Assembly: GCA_003223245.1 (NCBI GenBank)
Contig: QHYI01000105.1
Span: forward strand, 7,913 to 71,912
DNA length: 64,000 nucleotides
DNA from: Acidobacteriota bacterium
Lineage (GTDB): Bacteria > Acidobacteriota > Terriglobia > Acidiferrales > UBA7541
Direction: 5' to 3'
Below the pieces are notes generated by a model that was given only the letters and a program-made list of their open reading frames with translations, ran no database searches and was not told the DNA's origin. This document shows positions 1 through 8,406 of this stretch, one piece after another. The position numbers and the translations under genes were made by a program. The stretch's first letter is position 1, and the number at the start of each line of letters is the position of its first letter.

Positions 1-855
1 CGTGCGCAGGCTCATCACCGGCTTCAGCGGCAGGAGCTTCTCCGCTTCTTCGCGCTTTTCCGCGGGATCGTAGCCGGGATGGTAGCCGTAGAGAAGCGCG
101 CCGGGGCGCACCATGTTCGCCCAAGTTTCCGGGCGCGAGACGATGGCCGCGCTGTTGGCGAGATGCACGATGCCGGGGTCGATACCGAGAGCGCGCAGGC
201 GGTCGAGTGCGGCGTAGAAGCGCTCCTCTTGTTCCTGCGTTTGCTTGCCGGCAGTCGTGTCGGTGAAAACTTCGGACGACGCGAAGTGCGAGAAAATGCC
301 GGTGAGCTTCAAGTGCTTGCATTTGCCGAGCTGGCGCGCAAAGCAATCGACGTCCGACGACGCAATGCCCAAGCGGTTCATGCCGCTGTCAACCTTCAGG
401 TGAAACGACGCGGGCTTGCTTCCGCGGCGAGCCGCGGCGCGTTCGAGCAGCGGCAACTGATCGCAGCGATGCACTGCGGGCGTGAGGTCGTATTTCAGCA
501 GGCGCGCCTGTTCGCCCGCGACAAAGCCCGTCAGCACAAGAATCGGGCGGCGCACGCCGGCTTCACGCACGGCGATGCCTTCGTCGGTGCAAGTCACGCC
601 AAACCAGTCCGAGCCGGCGTTTTCGAGCGCCTTGGCAACTTGCGGGCCGCCGTGGCCGTAGCCGTTACCCTTCACGATGGATAGGATTTTGCGCGGGCTC
701 TTGCGCTTCTCTTCCGGCGGATTCACGTACTTTTGGATGGCCGCGAGGTTGTGCGCCAACGCTCCGAGCGAAACCTCCGCCCAAACTGGCCGTCTTGCTT
801 CGTGCCGAGAGCCTCTACTGCTTCGACTGAGGAGACTTTTCTGTTTGCTTGGCAT
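1..855 (-). CDS. alr: Alanine racemase, N-terminal ~285 codons. The 3' end runs off the left edge, so it is absent from the ORF track.
   Basis: Manual translation from the ATG at 855 gives MPSKQKSLL...VWAEVSLGALAHNLAAIQKYV...SIVKGNGYGHG (PLP-lysine motif)...HLKVDSGMNRLG...FSHFASSE...HLANSAA...MVRPGALLYGY...LKPVMSL. The frame stays open to base 1. Confidence 0.85.
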   Translation of the reverse strand, partial: MPSKQKSLLSRSSRGSRHEARRPVWAEVSLGALAHNLAAIQKYVNPPEEKRKSPRKILSIVKGNGYGHGGPQVAKALENAGSDWFGVTCTDEGIAVREAGVRRPILVLTGFVAGEQARLLKYDLTPAVHRCDQLPLLERAAARRGSKPASFHLKVDSGMNRLGIASSDVDCFARQLGKCKHLKLTGIFSHFASSEVFTDTTAGKQTQEQEERFYAALDRLRALGIDPGIVHLANSAAIVSRPETWANMVRPGALLYGYHPGYDPAEKREEAEKLLPLKPVMSLRT

Positions 856-1247
856 GTTCCTATGGAGTGCGGCAGCCCTGTTTACCCTGAGGAACAAAGG
901 GCTGCCACTTTCTGTTTGTCCTTCTTCAGCGATCCCAAAGCTATGAGTTTACGACAACCGCAGCGCGCGCACAGACGGCCACTTTGGCCGCCGCGCGCAA
1001 AAGACAACACCTGACGCCGAGCGGAAAGGCACTCCGCCACGGTTGGCAGTGCAGGGGCCTTAGCCCCATTAAACTCCGCACAGCAGGAGTGGTTGTGCTG
1101 CTATGCGCCAAAGACCGCCTCGCTGTGCTGCCTGCTTGAGTGCACTTCCAAGACCGAAGCTGCCGGGCGGGGATGCCGCTCCCGCCCATTCGGAGAGGCA
1201 CACTTAAGCCCTGATTCTAGATAGAGTTAGCGGCCTACTTAAGCGGG

Positions 1248-1269
1248 AAAAGCGCCTACTATCGGCGCC
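1248..1269 (-). terminator. Candidate intrinsic terminator downstream of dnaB
   Basis: The minus strand reads GGCGCC-gatagta-GGCGCT followed by TTTcc, about 60 nt after the dnaB stop. Confidence 0.4.
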
Positions 1270-1331
1270 AATTTTGCGCCGCGTGGCTGGGTGTCCACGC
1301 TGTGGCATGCTTACCGCACACCGCGCAAAAG

Positions 1332-2738
1332 TTACATCTCGTCCGGCGCGAACGACGAGAAAGCGTCTGGCGCGGCTTCCTCGAAGCGCGTAAAGCGGCT
1401 GCGGAAAACAAACTTCACCATATCCGTGGGGCCATTGCGCTGCTTGGCGATGCGCAGCTCGGTTTCTTCGCGCTCTTCGGGAGTGGCGCCCGCTTTGAAA
1501 AAGTGCGGGCGGTAGATGAACATCACCACGTCAGCATCCTGCTCGATGGCGCCGGATTCCCTCAGATCGGAGAGCTGCGGACCGCGCTCATCGCGCTCCG
1601 GCGCGCGCGTAAGCTGGCTGAGCACTAGCACGGGAATCTGCAGCTCTTTGGCCAGCCCCTTCAAGCCGCGCGAAATGCTGGCCACTTCTTCCTGGCGGTT
1701 GCCAAAACGCCCGCGCGCGGTGATGAGCTGGAGATAGTCGACGATCAGCAGCGACATGCCTTTGTCGCGCTTCAGCCTGCGGACCTTGGCGCCAATTTCG
1801 AGCACGCTGATCGAGCCGGAATCGTCAATCCACAACGGCGAAGAAGAAATCGTGCCCAGCGCTTCGGTGATGCGGCGCCAGTCTTCGCGATTCAAATGGC
1901 CGGTGCGAAATTTGTGCGCGTCAATTTGCGCCACGGAGGCGACCAAGCGCTGCAGCAGCGACTCCTTGGACATTTCCAGACTGAACATCGCCGCGGGGTG
2001 GCCGCCGCGAATGGCGATGTTTTCCATCAGGTTCAGCGCCAGCGCAGTTTTTCCTTGCGAGGGCCGCGCGGCCAGAATGAGCAATTCCGAGGGCTGCAAG
2101 CCGGAGGTGAGCTTGTCCAATTCCGTATAGCCGGTGGGAACGCCGGTGACACTCTTGCCTTCCTTGAAGATTTTTTCCAGGCGCTCGAAATTGTCGCGAA
2201 CGATGTCTTTGACGGGGATTAATCCGGCGCGTATCCGGTCTTCGGCAATCGCAAAAATCTGTGATTCCGCGCCGTCGAGAAGAGCGTCGGCGCCCTCTTC
2301 GCCCTCGAAGGCACGCTGCTGGATTTCGTGCGTGGTATGAATCAGGTTCCGTAGGATGGCTTTTTCTTTGACGATGCGCGCGTAATGCTCGATGTTGGAA
2401 ACGCGCGGCATGCCGTCGGCGAGCGAAGCAAGGTACGGCGCGCCGCCTGAAGCTTCCAGCTCGCCCTTGCAGTGCAATTCGTCGCTGAGCGTCACCAAGT
2501 CGATGGCCTGCTGGCTTTCGCCGAGCGCAATCATATGGGTGAAGACGCGGCGGTGCTGGTCGAGAAAAAAATCTTCGGGCCGCAGCGTTTCTAGGGCGGC
2601 GTTCAGCGCGTGATTGTCCAGCAGAATGGCGCCCAGGACAGAGCGTTCGGCTTCCAAATTATTGGGCAATGGCTTTTCGAGGGTGGTGTCGGCTGCCATA
2701 GGTTGTCTTGCGCTTGCTATTCGCTTTTTGTTCGCCAA
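1332..2738 (-). CDS. dnaB: Replicative DNA helicase DnaB
   Basis: 468 aa. It has the N-terminal LEAERSVLGAILLDN motif, the Walker A ARPSQGKTALALN and LSDLRESGAIEQDADVV. Confidence 0.95.
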   Translation of the reverse strand: MANKKRIASARQPMAADTTLEKPLPNNLEAERSVLGAILLDNHALNAALETLRPEDFFLDQHRRVFTHMIALGESQQAIDLVTLSDELHCKGELEASGGAPYLASLADGMPRVSNIEHYARIVKEKAILRNLIHTTHEIQQRAFEGEEGADALLDGAESQIFAIAEDRIRAGLIPVKDIVRDNFERLEKIFKEGKSVTGVPTGYTELDKLTSGLQPSELLILAARPSQGKTALALNLMENIAIRGGHPAAMFSLEMSKESLLQRLVASVAQIDAHKFRTGHLNREDWRRITEALGTISSSPLWIDDSGSISVLEIGAKVRRLKRDKGMSLLIVDYLQLITARGRFGNRQEEVASISRGLKGLAKELQIPVLVLSQLTRAPERDERGPQLSDLRESGAIEQDADVVMFIYRPHFFKAGATPEEREETELRIAKQRNGPTDMVKFVFRSRFTRFEEAAPDAFSSFAPDEM

Positions 2739-2990
2739 ACATTAGACCACACCCGTCTTAGGAGTGCAAGCCTCTCTGCCTTAGGACATTTTGACAATCT
2801 TCAGGTGGCGACGGTTATGCTTGCCAAAGAGCAGGCACGCTGGGACCGACCAAATCCTGTTTTGATTGTTACCGAATCGTTGGCGCATTGTGCCCGTGGT
2901 TGCCGGACGCGTCAATCGGAGTTTTTGAATATCGCTGTGCACGATTTTGGAAATGTTGAAAAAAGTTCTCGCGCAGCGGTTTTTACCAAC

Positions 2991-3028
2991 AAAAAGGGCG
3001 CATTACCCTGGTGCCGGAATATTGCGCC
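2991..3028 (-). terminator. Candidate intrinsic terminator after rplI
   Basis: On the minus strand, a GGCGCA...TGCGCC stem is followed by CTTTTTGTTGG, about 40 nt after the rplI stop. Confidence 0.5.
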
Positions 3029-3064
3029 GCTGTTCAAAAAATAGTTTTTGCTGGTGGCCGCGGA

Positions 3065-3511
3065 TTACGATTCCTTTTCCACGGTAACTTTGATTTGTGC
3101 GGTGACGTCGCGGAAGACTTTGATGGTCACTGGCGATTCGCCGATGATGCGGATGGGCTCAGAAAGCTGCACCTGGCGCTTGTCGATCTTGAAGCCTTGC
3201 GCGGCAAGCGCGTCGGCAATGTCCGCAGCCGTCACGGAGCCGAACATCTGATCGTTTTCGCCGGTCTTACGCGTGAACTTCAACGCGACGACGTTGAGCA
3301 ATTCAGCTTGCCTCTGCGCCGCTTCGAGCTCCGTCGCGGTCTTCTTAGCGAGCGACGCGCGAATCCGCTCAATCGCTTTCAGATTGCCCTCCGTCGCTTC
3401 GACGGCAAGCTTGCGCGGCAACAGGTAGTTGCGCGCATAGCCGGGCTTGACCGTCACTACGTCGCCGCGGTGTCCCAGCTTATCGATGTCTTCCTGAAGA
3501 ATGATTTGCAT
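3065..3511 (-). CDS. rplI: 50S ribosomal protein L9
   Basis: 148 aa beginning MQIILQEDIDKLGHRGDVVTVKPGYARNYLLPRKLAV. It sits last in the rpsF-rpsR-rplI order. Confidence 0.95.
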   Translation of the reverse strand: MQIILQEDIDKLGHRGDVVTVKPGYARNYLLPRKLAVEATEGNLKAIERIRASLAKKTATELEAAQRQAELLNVVALKFTRKTGENDQMFGSVTAADIADALAAQGFKIDKRQVQLSEPIRIIGESPVTIKVFRDVTAQIKVTVEKES

Positions 3512-3628
3512 CTTGCCTCTCTTAGCTCCTGTTCAGGCCCTGCGAAAAGCTTGGTCTGCAAAACTGAGAAAAAACCCTCACGGCTTGCGCCCCGAGCGAC
3601 AGCAATTCAAAACTCAAAAACAAACAAC

Positions 3629-4114
3629 TCAGGATTTGGGCGCTTCGGCGGCGGGCGCGGGATGCGCTGCGGCGGGCGCGGGATGCGCTGCAGCGGGCGC
3701 GTGCGCGCCATGCGCACCGGGCGTCACCGCACGCGGGGCCTGCACGTTCCCGGCGCTGCCCGAAAACGGCAGCAACGCGATGTTGCGCGCGCGCTTGATG
3801 GCCACGCCTAATCCGCGCTGATGCCGCGCGCAGACCCCCGTCATGCGGCGGGGCAGAATCTTGCCGCGTTCCTGCAGGAACTGCGCGAGAATGTCCGCGC
3901 GTTTGTAGTCGATGAAGTCCATCTTCTCCACGCAGAATTTGCACACTTTCTTCTTGCGAAAATACTGCCGCTTGCCGCGGGGCCGTCCGCCTGGGCCCGC
4001 AGCTCCTCCGGCTCCGGCCTGAGCAGCGCCGCCCGGCGTGCTCTCGCGCCGTCCCCCGCCTTCGCGTCGCGGAGCGCCGCCTGACGCTGGTGCTTGTTTC
4101 TGTTCCTCTGCCAT
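3629..4114 (-). CDS. rpsR: 30S ribosomal protein S18 with low-complexity N- and C-terminal extensions
   Basis: The core is [65 protein letters not shown] prefer the ATG at 4114 (preceded by AAAGGGTG) to the GTG at 4123 in the ORF track. Confidence 0.9.
   Translation of the reverse strand: MAEEQKQAPASGGAPRREGGGRRESTPGGAAQAGAGGAAGPGGRPRGKRQYFRKKKVCKFCVEKMDFIDYKRADILAQFLQERGKILPRRMTGVCARHQRGLGVAIKRARNIALLPFSGSAGNVQAPRAVTPGAHGAHAPAAAHPAPAAAHPAPAAEAPKS
3651..3700 (-). repeat. 21-bp in-frame tandem repeat (about 2.5 copies) inside the 3' end of rpsR
   Basis: gcgggcgcgggatgcgctgcg (3651-3671) is followed by gcgggcgcgggatgcgctgca (3672-3692) and then a partial gcgggcgcgtgcgcg. It encodes the [14 protein letters not shown] tail. 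Confidence 0.9.
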
Positions 4115-4206
4115 GCTTATCACCCTTTCCGATTACCACCCGGCCAAGCCGGGAATGCATCTCTTTCTCGAATCGCTCTACCAGAATCTCGAAAGCGTCA
4201 CCAGAA

Positions 4207-4617
4207 TTAGCTTGTGGCCGTGGCTTGCTCCTGGGCCGCTGGCGCAGGCGCTGCCGGACGGCGCGGACGCCGCGCGGCGCGCTTCTCGCGCTTTTGCACG
4301 AGCTTCTTTTGCCGCTTCAAATCTTCGTCCAATCGCACCGTCTGGTATTTGATCACGGGGTCCTGGGTGCGCAGGCGGCGTTCGATCTCGGCGATCAGCT
4401 CGCCGTGCGTGGTGCGAATCTCCTGGTGCACGTAAATCCCTTCGCGGTGTTTGTGCACGCGATAAGCGAGCTTGCGCGTGCCCCACTGCTCGGTCTTCTC
4501 GATCTTGCCGCCCTTTTCCGCGCAGGCGTGCTCGACCACGCCAAGAACCTTCTTGATCTCCTCCTCCGGCGTGCCCGGTCGGACGATGAAAATCAAATCG
4601 TAATAACGCTCTTCCAT
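4207..4617 (-). CDS. rpsF: 30S ribosomal protein S6
   Basis: MEERYYDLIFIVRPGTPEEEIKKV...WGTRKLAYRV, with a basic/Ala-Pro C-terminal tail. I prefer the start at MEERYY (4617) to the ORF-track start at 4641. Confidence 0.9.
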   Translation of the reverse strand: MEERYYDLIFIVRPGTPEEEIKKVLGVVEHACAEKGGKIEKTEQWGTRKLAYRVHKHREGIYVHQEIRTTHGELIAEIERRLRTQDPVIKYQTVRLDEDLKRQKKLVQKREKRAARRPRRPAAPAPAAQEQATATS

Positions 4618-4720
4618 GATGACCTCTCTTCCCTCTCGCAAACTGTTTTGCGTCCGCGGCCTCGACTGCTTTTGGCACGGAAATTTTTCTCTCGCTAGCT
4701 ACGGCGGGCTAAACCCGCCG

Positions 4721-5320
4721 CTACACGGCCTCTTCCGGTTCTTCTCCCGACGGGGGCTTGCGGCGGTTGTATTTCGTCATCGCCGCGTCTAAGCCCTGCG
4801 TCAGAATCATCTCAACGGCGTCGCCAGCCTCGCCTACCATTTCCGCTGCGACCTCCAGTTCCGCCTTCTTCATGGGCCGCAGCACGTGCTCTCTGCGGCT
4901 GCTTAGCCGATGTTCAAGTCCGCAGCCGAGCCGCAGCCTCGCAAATTTCTGAGTTCCGACGGCGTTAATCACTGACCGCGCGCCGTTGTGGCTCCCCGCG
5001 CTGCCGTCCGCATGAATCCGAATCGTGCCGAGCGGCAGTTGCACTTCATCCCACATCACCAACAGTGCGTCCACATGCAGTTCGTACTTCGCGAGCAGCT
5101 CTCTCACCGAGATGCCGCTCAGATTCATGTACGTCTGCGGCTTGGCCAGGAGCACTTCTTCCCTGGCTACCTTTCCGCGGCCTACCAGCGCCCGGCCTTC
5201 CGGCCGCTCGACGCGAATCCCATTGCGATTGGCCAGTTCGTCCACCACCATGAAACCCAGGTTGTGCGGCGTCCACTGGTATTCCGGATCGGGATTCCCA
5301 AGTCCGACAATGAGCCGCAT
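4721..5320 (-). CDS. pth: Peptidyl-tRNA hydrolase
   Basis: 199 aa with MRLIVGLGNPDPEYQWTPHNLGFMVVDELA and GSHNGARS. Confidence 0.95.
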   Translation of the reverse strand: MRLIVGLGNPDPEYQWTPHNLGFMVVDELANRNGIRVERPEGRALVGRGKVAREEVLLAKPQTYMNLSGISVRELLAKYELHVDALLVMWDEVQLPLGTIRIHADGSAGSHNGARSVINAVGTQKFARLRLGCGLEHRLSSRREHVLRPMKKAELEVAAEMVGEAGDAVEMILTQGLDAAMTKYNRRKPPSGEEPEEAV

Positions 5321-5365
5321 AAGGTGTCACTACGCCTGCCGAAGCACAGCAAGAAGGGCTCCGCT

Positions 5366-5400
5366 CGTGAGTCGTGATTGGTGACTCGTGACTGGTGACG
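5366..5400. repeat. Five tandem heptamers (SGTGAYK) in the rplY-pth spacer
   Basis: The sequence reads cgtgagt cgtgatt ggtgact cgtgact ggtgacg, directly from the DNA. Confidence 0.85.
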
Positions 5401-5428
5401 CCAACATGACTTCCAGCCCACCCCATCC

Positions 5429-6181
5429 TTATTTCTTTTCTTTCTTCTCCGCCTTCTCGGGCTTCTCTGCCTTCTCGGCCTTGGGCTGTGCTTCCGCAGC
5501 TTGCGCGCCTTCTTCGCCTTCGACTTCTTTCTTGCCCTTCTTGATGACTTCGGGCTCGGCCGGAGCTGCCCCTTCCGCTGCCACCGCTTCCGCAGGCTTC
5601 TCTTCCTCGACCTTGAGCGCCACGACGTGAGCGATGACGCGCTCCGGTTCGGTGAGAAGTTTGATCTTGGCTGGGTCAATTTGCAGCTCGCCCACGCGCA
5701 ATTGCTTGCCGAGCATCAGCTCGCTGACGTCCATGCGGAATTCCGTGGGGATGTCGCTCGGCAGGCATTCCACTTCCACTTCGCGCGTGACAACTTCAAA
5801 CACGCCGCCCTGCACTTTGACGCCGGCCGGCTCACCAAAGGTGTGCACCGGAACCTTGACTTTCATGCGCACGTCCATCGCTACGCGCATGAGGTCGACG
5901 TGCAGGAGTTTTCCGGTGGCCGGATCCACCAGCCAGTCTTTCAGGATGGCCGGCTCTGGCTTGCCTCCGAGCTTCACTTGAAACAGGGTGTTGTGCCCGG
6001 TCGACGAGCGCAGGATGGCGCTCACTTGCTTGGCGTTCACCGACAGCGTAACCGGAGCGGCCTTGCCGCCGTACAAAACCGCCGGAACTTGCCCGGTCTG
6101 GCGCAGCCGCCGCGCTTCGTTCTTGCCCCGCGTGGCGCGGGGCGCGCCTTCTACTACGACTCCCTCTGCTCGATCTGCCAT
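5429..6181 (-). CDS. rplY: 50S ribosomal protein L25 / general stress protein Ctc with a Lys/Glu/Ala-rich C-terminal tail
   Basis: 250 aa with RATRGKNEARRLRQTGQVPAVLYGG. The tail is AEKAEKPEKAEKKEKK. Confidence 0.9.
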   Translation of the reverse strand: MADRAEGVVVEGAPRATRGKNEARRLRQTGQVPAVLYGGKAAPVTLSVNAKQVSAILRSSTGHNTLFQVKLGGKPEPAILKDWLVDPATGKLLHVDLMRVAMDVRMKVKVPVHTFGEPAGVKVQGGVFEVVTREVEVECLPSDIPTEFRMDVSELMLGKQLRVGELQIDPAKIKLLTEPERVIAHVVALKVEEEKPAEAVAAEGAAPAEPEVIKKGKKEVEGEEGAQAAEAQPKAEKAEKPEKAEKKEKK

Positions 6182-6276
6182 GGCCTTCTTCCCTTCTTCT
6201 GAACTTAAACTTTTTGGCGCCTAATTGCTCGAACCTGCGTGTCTGGGGCGCAGCATGCTGCGCCGGAGCTCGTCAA

Positions 6277-7239
6277 TCAGATGAACAGCTCGCTGATGGA
6301 AGTCTCTTCGTGAATCGAGCGAATCCCGCGCGCCAGCAGGTCCGCCACGCTCAAAACTTTGATCTTCCCCATTTTTTTGGCCGCTTCGGTAAGCGGCACG
6401 GAATCGGTGGCCACCACTTCGCAGATCTTGGACTTCTCGAGCCGCTCGACGGCCGGACCGGAAAGCACCGCGTGCGTGCAAGCGGCGTACACCTGCGTGG
6501 CGCCTTCGCGCAGCAAAGCCTCCCCGGTTTTCACTAGCGTTCCCGCAGTGTCGATGATGTCATCGACGACCAGAGCGCTGCGGCCGCGCACCTCGCCGAT
6601 CAGGTGCATCACTTCGCTCACGTCCACGTCCACGCGCCGTTTGTCAACGATAGCCAGCGGCGCATCCAGCTTCTTGGCGAAAAACCGTGCGCGCTCCACT
6701 CCCCCCGCATCCGGGGCGACCACCGTAAGATGGGGCAGCTTCAAGTGCCGGAAGTATTCGACCAGCACCGGCGACGCGTACAAATGATCCACGGGCACGT
6801 CGAAATAGCCCTGAATCTGAGGCGCGTGCAAATCCAGGGTCAGCGCGCGGCTGGCCCCGGCCGTTTCCAGCAGGTCTGCGACGAGCTTCGCCGAGATCGG
6901 AACCCTCGGCTTATCCTTGCGGTCTTGCCGCGCGTAGCAGTAATACGGCAGCACCGCCGTTATGCGCCATGCTGAAGCACGCTTAAACGCGTCAATCATC
7001 AGCAGCAATTCCAACAGGTGGTTGTCCACCGGGTGATGGCACGGCTGCACGACGAAAACATCCGCGCCGCGAACGTTTTCGAGAATCTGGAAATAAATTT
7101 CGCCATCACTGAATCGGCCGAGCAGCGCTTTCCCCAGCGGAACGTTCAAATGACCGCAGATGCTCTCCGCCAGCACTGGGTTTGCGGTCCCCGAAAAAAT
7201 CTTGAAGCGGTCTTCGTTCACTTTGCGTTCGCTCCCCAA
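6277..7239 (-). CDS. prs: Ribose-phosphate pyrophosphokinase
   Basis: KIFSGTANPVLAESICGHLNVPLGKALLGRFSDGEIYFQI and VVDDIIDTAGT. The ORF-track start at 7239 is TTG. A GTG at 7221 preceded by GGGGAG is an alternative start. Confidence 0.95.
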   Translation of the reverse strand: MGSERKVNEDRFKIFSGTANPVLAESICGHLNVPLGKALLGRFSDGEIYFQILENVRGADVFVVQPCHHPVDNHLLELLLMIDAFKRASAWRITAVLPYYCYARQDRKDKPRVPISAKLVADLLETAGASRALTLDLHAPQIQGYFDVPVDHLYASPVLVEYFRHLKLPHLTVVAPDAGGVERARFFAKKLDAPLAIVDKRRVDVDVSEVMHLIGEVRGRSALVVDDIIDTAGTLVKTGEALLREGATQVYAACTHAVLSGPAVERLEKSKICEVVATDSVPLTEAAKKMGKIKVLSVADLLARGIRSIHEETSISELFI

Positions 7240-7478
7240 CTATTCAGAACCCTGAAGTGGCCGAAGCGTAACTGGGGACGCGCTAAAGCGCGGCCCTACA
7301 ACCTCCTCCGATCGAAGTTGAAAGGCGAAGGTCAAAAGTTGAAGGTTAGGAACGAAAAATTCGGAACCAAGAAACACCCTTGCTCCGCATTCTCCCCCGT
7401 AGCCTTTAACTCAAACTTTCAACTGTTTAACTTCTGCGGAGTCGCTGAAGGCGGCTTCCACTTCGAGCACACGCGGCC

Positions 7479-8399
7479 TTATCGGGCGATGTGCATCCTA
7501 CGAGCGTACCTCTCGCGCGAGAGTGTCTCGCAGACGAAGGTCTGATCGTGCGGAAACCCAACAGCGGCTCGGCGCGCCATCGCTGGGCTCGGGAATATTC
7601 CAAACACCGCCGAACCGCTACCCGCCAGCGAGGCTTCTGTCGCTCCTTTTTGAAGCAAGGCCCGCTTGATTTGTTCAAGCCGGGGATGCCGCCGAAAGAC
7701 CGGCCCTTCAAAATCATTCGAAAGGCCGTTTCCCTGCGCGCCTGCCTTCGCAGGCGAGCTCCAAGATAGAGCACAGAACTGTAAGAGTTTAGAGTTTACC
7801 GAAGAGTTTGTCAAACCAAGGGGCTTCGCGTGTACCCAGCGGAAAGCGTCCGGCGTGGGGATGCGAACTTCCCGTGGAACGACCACGAGAACCGGCAGTT
7901 TGGGGATGTCTTCCAGAGGATAGATTTCGTTGCCGCGGTTCACACCGAGCGCCCGCCCGCCCAGAAGAAAAAACGGCACGTCGGCGCCGAGAGAAGCGGC
8001 GATTTCCATCATTTGCCCGGCAGGTAATTTTTCTCCGGTTAGTTGCAAATACCCGAGCATTGCGGCGACCGCATCGCTCGAGCCTCCGCCCAGCCCTCCG
8101 CCCGCTGGAATTTCCTTTCTGAGCTCGATCTCCACGCCGCCGCCGATTTTCAGTTTGCGCTTGAGAGCGTCCACGGCGCGATAGACGAGATTCTTCTGCA
8201 CGGGTTCTGCCGCGAGCGAGGCGTTTCCCTGGATGCTCAGCGCAATTCCCGGCCGCCGGGAAGTTCCGAGCCGGAGTTCGTCGTGCAAGGAAAGCGTCTG
8301 AAAAATCGTTCGCAGTTCGTGATAGCCGTCGGGTCGCTTCCCCAAAATGTCCAGGCGCAGATTGATTTTCGCGAAAGCTGGAATGCGAACTTCGGTCAT
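7479..8399 (-). CDS. ispE: 4-diphosphocytidyl-2-C-methyl-D-erythritol kinase
   Basis: MTEVRIPAFAKINLRLDILGKRPDGYHELRTIFQT and PAGGGLGGGSSDA. The 423-aa ORF-track version is an artificial 5' extension that overlaps the TPR gene. The real ATG is at 8399. Confidence 0.9.
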   Translation of the reverse strand: MTEVRIPAFAKINLRLDILGKRPDGYHELRTIFQTLSLHDELRLGTSRRPGIALSIQGNASLAAEPVQKNLVYRAVDALKRKLKIGGGVEIELRKEIPAGGGLGGGSSDAVAAMLGYLQLTGEKLPAGQMMEIAASLGADVPFFLLGGRALGVNRGNEIYPLEDIPKLPVLVVVPREVRIPTPDAFRWVHAKPLGLTNSSVNSKLLQFCALSWSSPAKAGAQGNGLSNDFEGPVFRRHPRLEQIKRALLQKGATEASLAGSGSAVFGIFPSPAMARRAAVGFPHDQTFVCETLSRERYARRMHIAR

Positions 8400-8406
8400 T
8401 CGTGAA

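Noticed and set aside
79-684. 201-aa plus-strand ORF at the left edge
   Set aside because: It lies antisense to a clearly recognisable alanine racemase frame. Its Ala/Arg/Gly-rich composition is typical of shadow ORFs in GC-rich DNA.
1020-1200. RNase P RNA-like words (GAGCGGAAAGGCAC, TAAACTCC, GCCTGCTTGAG)
   Set aside because: The near-universal GAGGAAAGUCC and ACAGAAxCCGGCUUA elements are absent on both strands. It is kept only as an unclassified structured spacer.
4702-4720. 7-bp GC hairpin (CGGCGGG-TTTAG-CCCGCCG on the minus strand) right after the pth stop, considered as a terminator
   Set aside because: No U-tract follows it, and rpsF starts about 100 nt further on in the same direction. 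I did not call it a terminator.
7262-7292. Possible tRNA between ispE and prs (CTGGGGACGCGCTAAAGCGCGGCC)
   Set aside because: There is only a 5-bp stem with a 4-nt loop. No T-loop, anticodon arm or acceptor pairing could be built.
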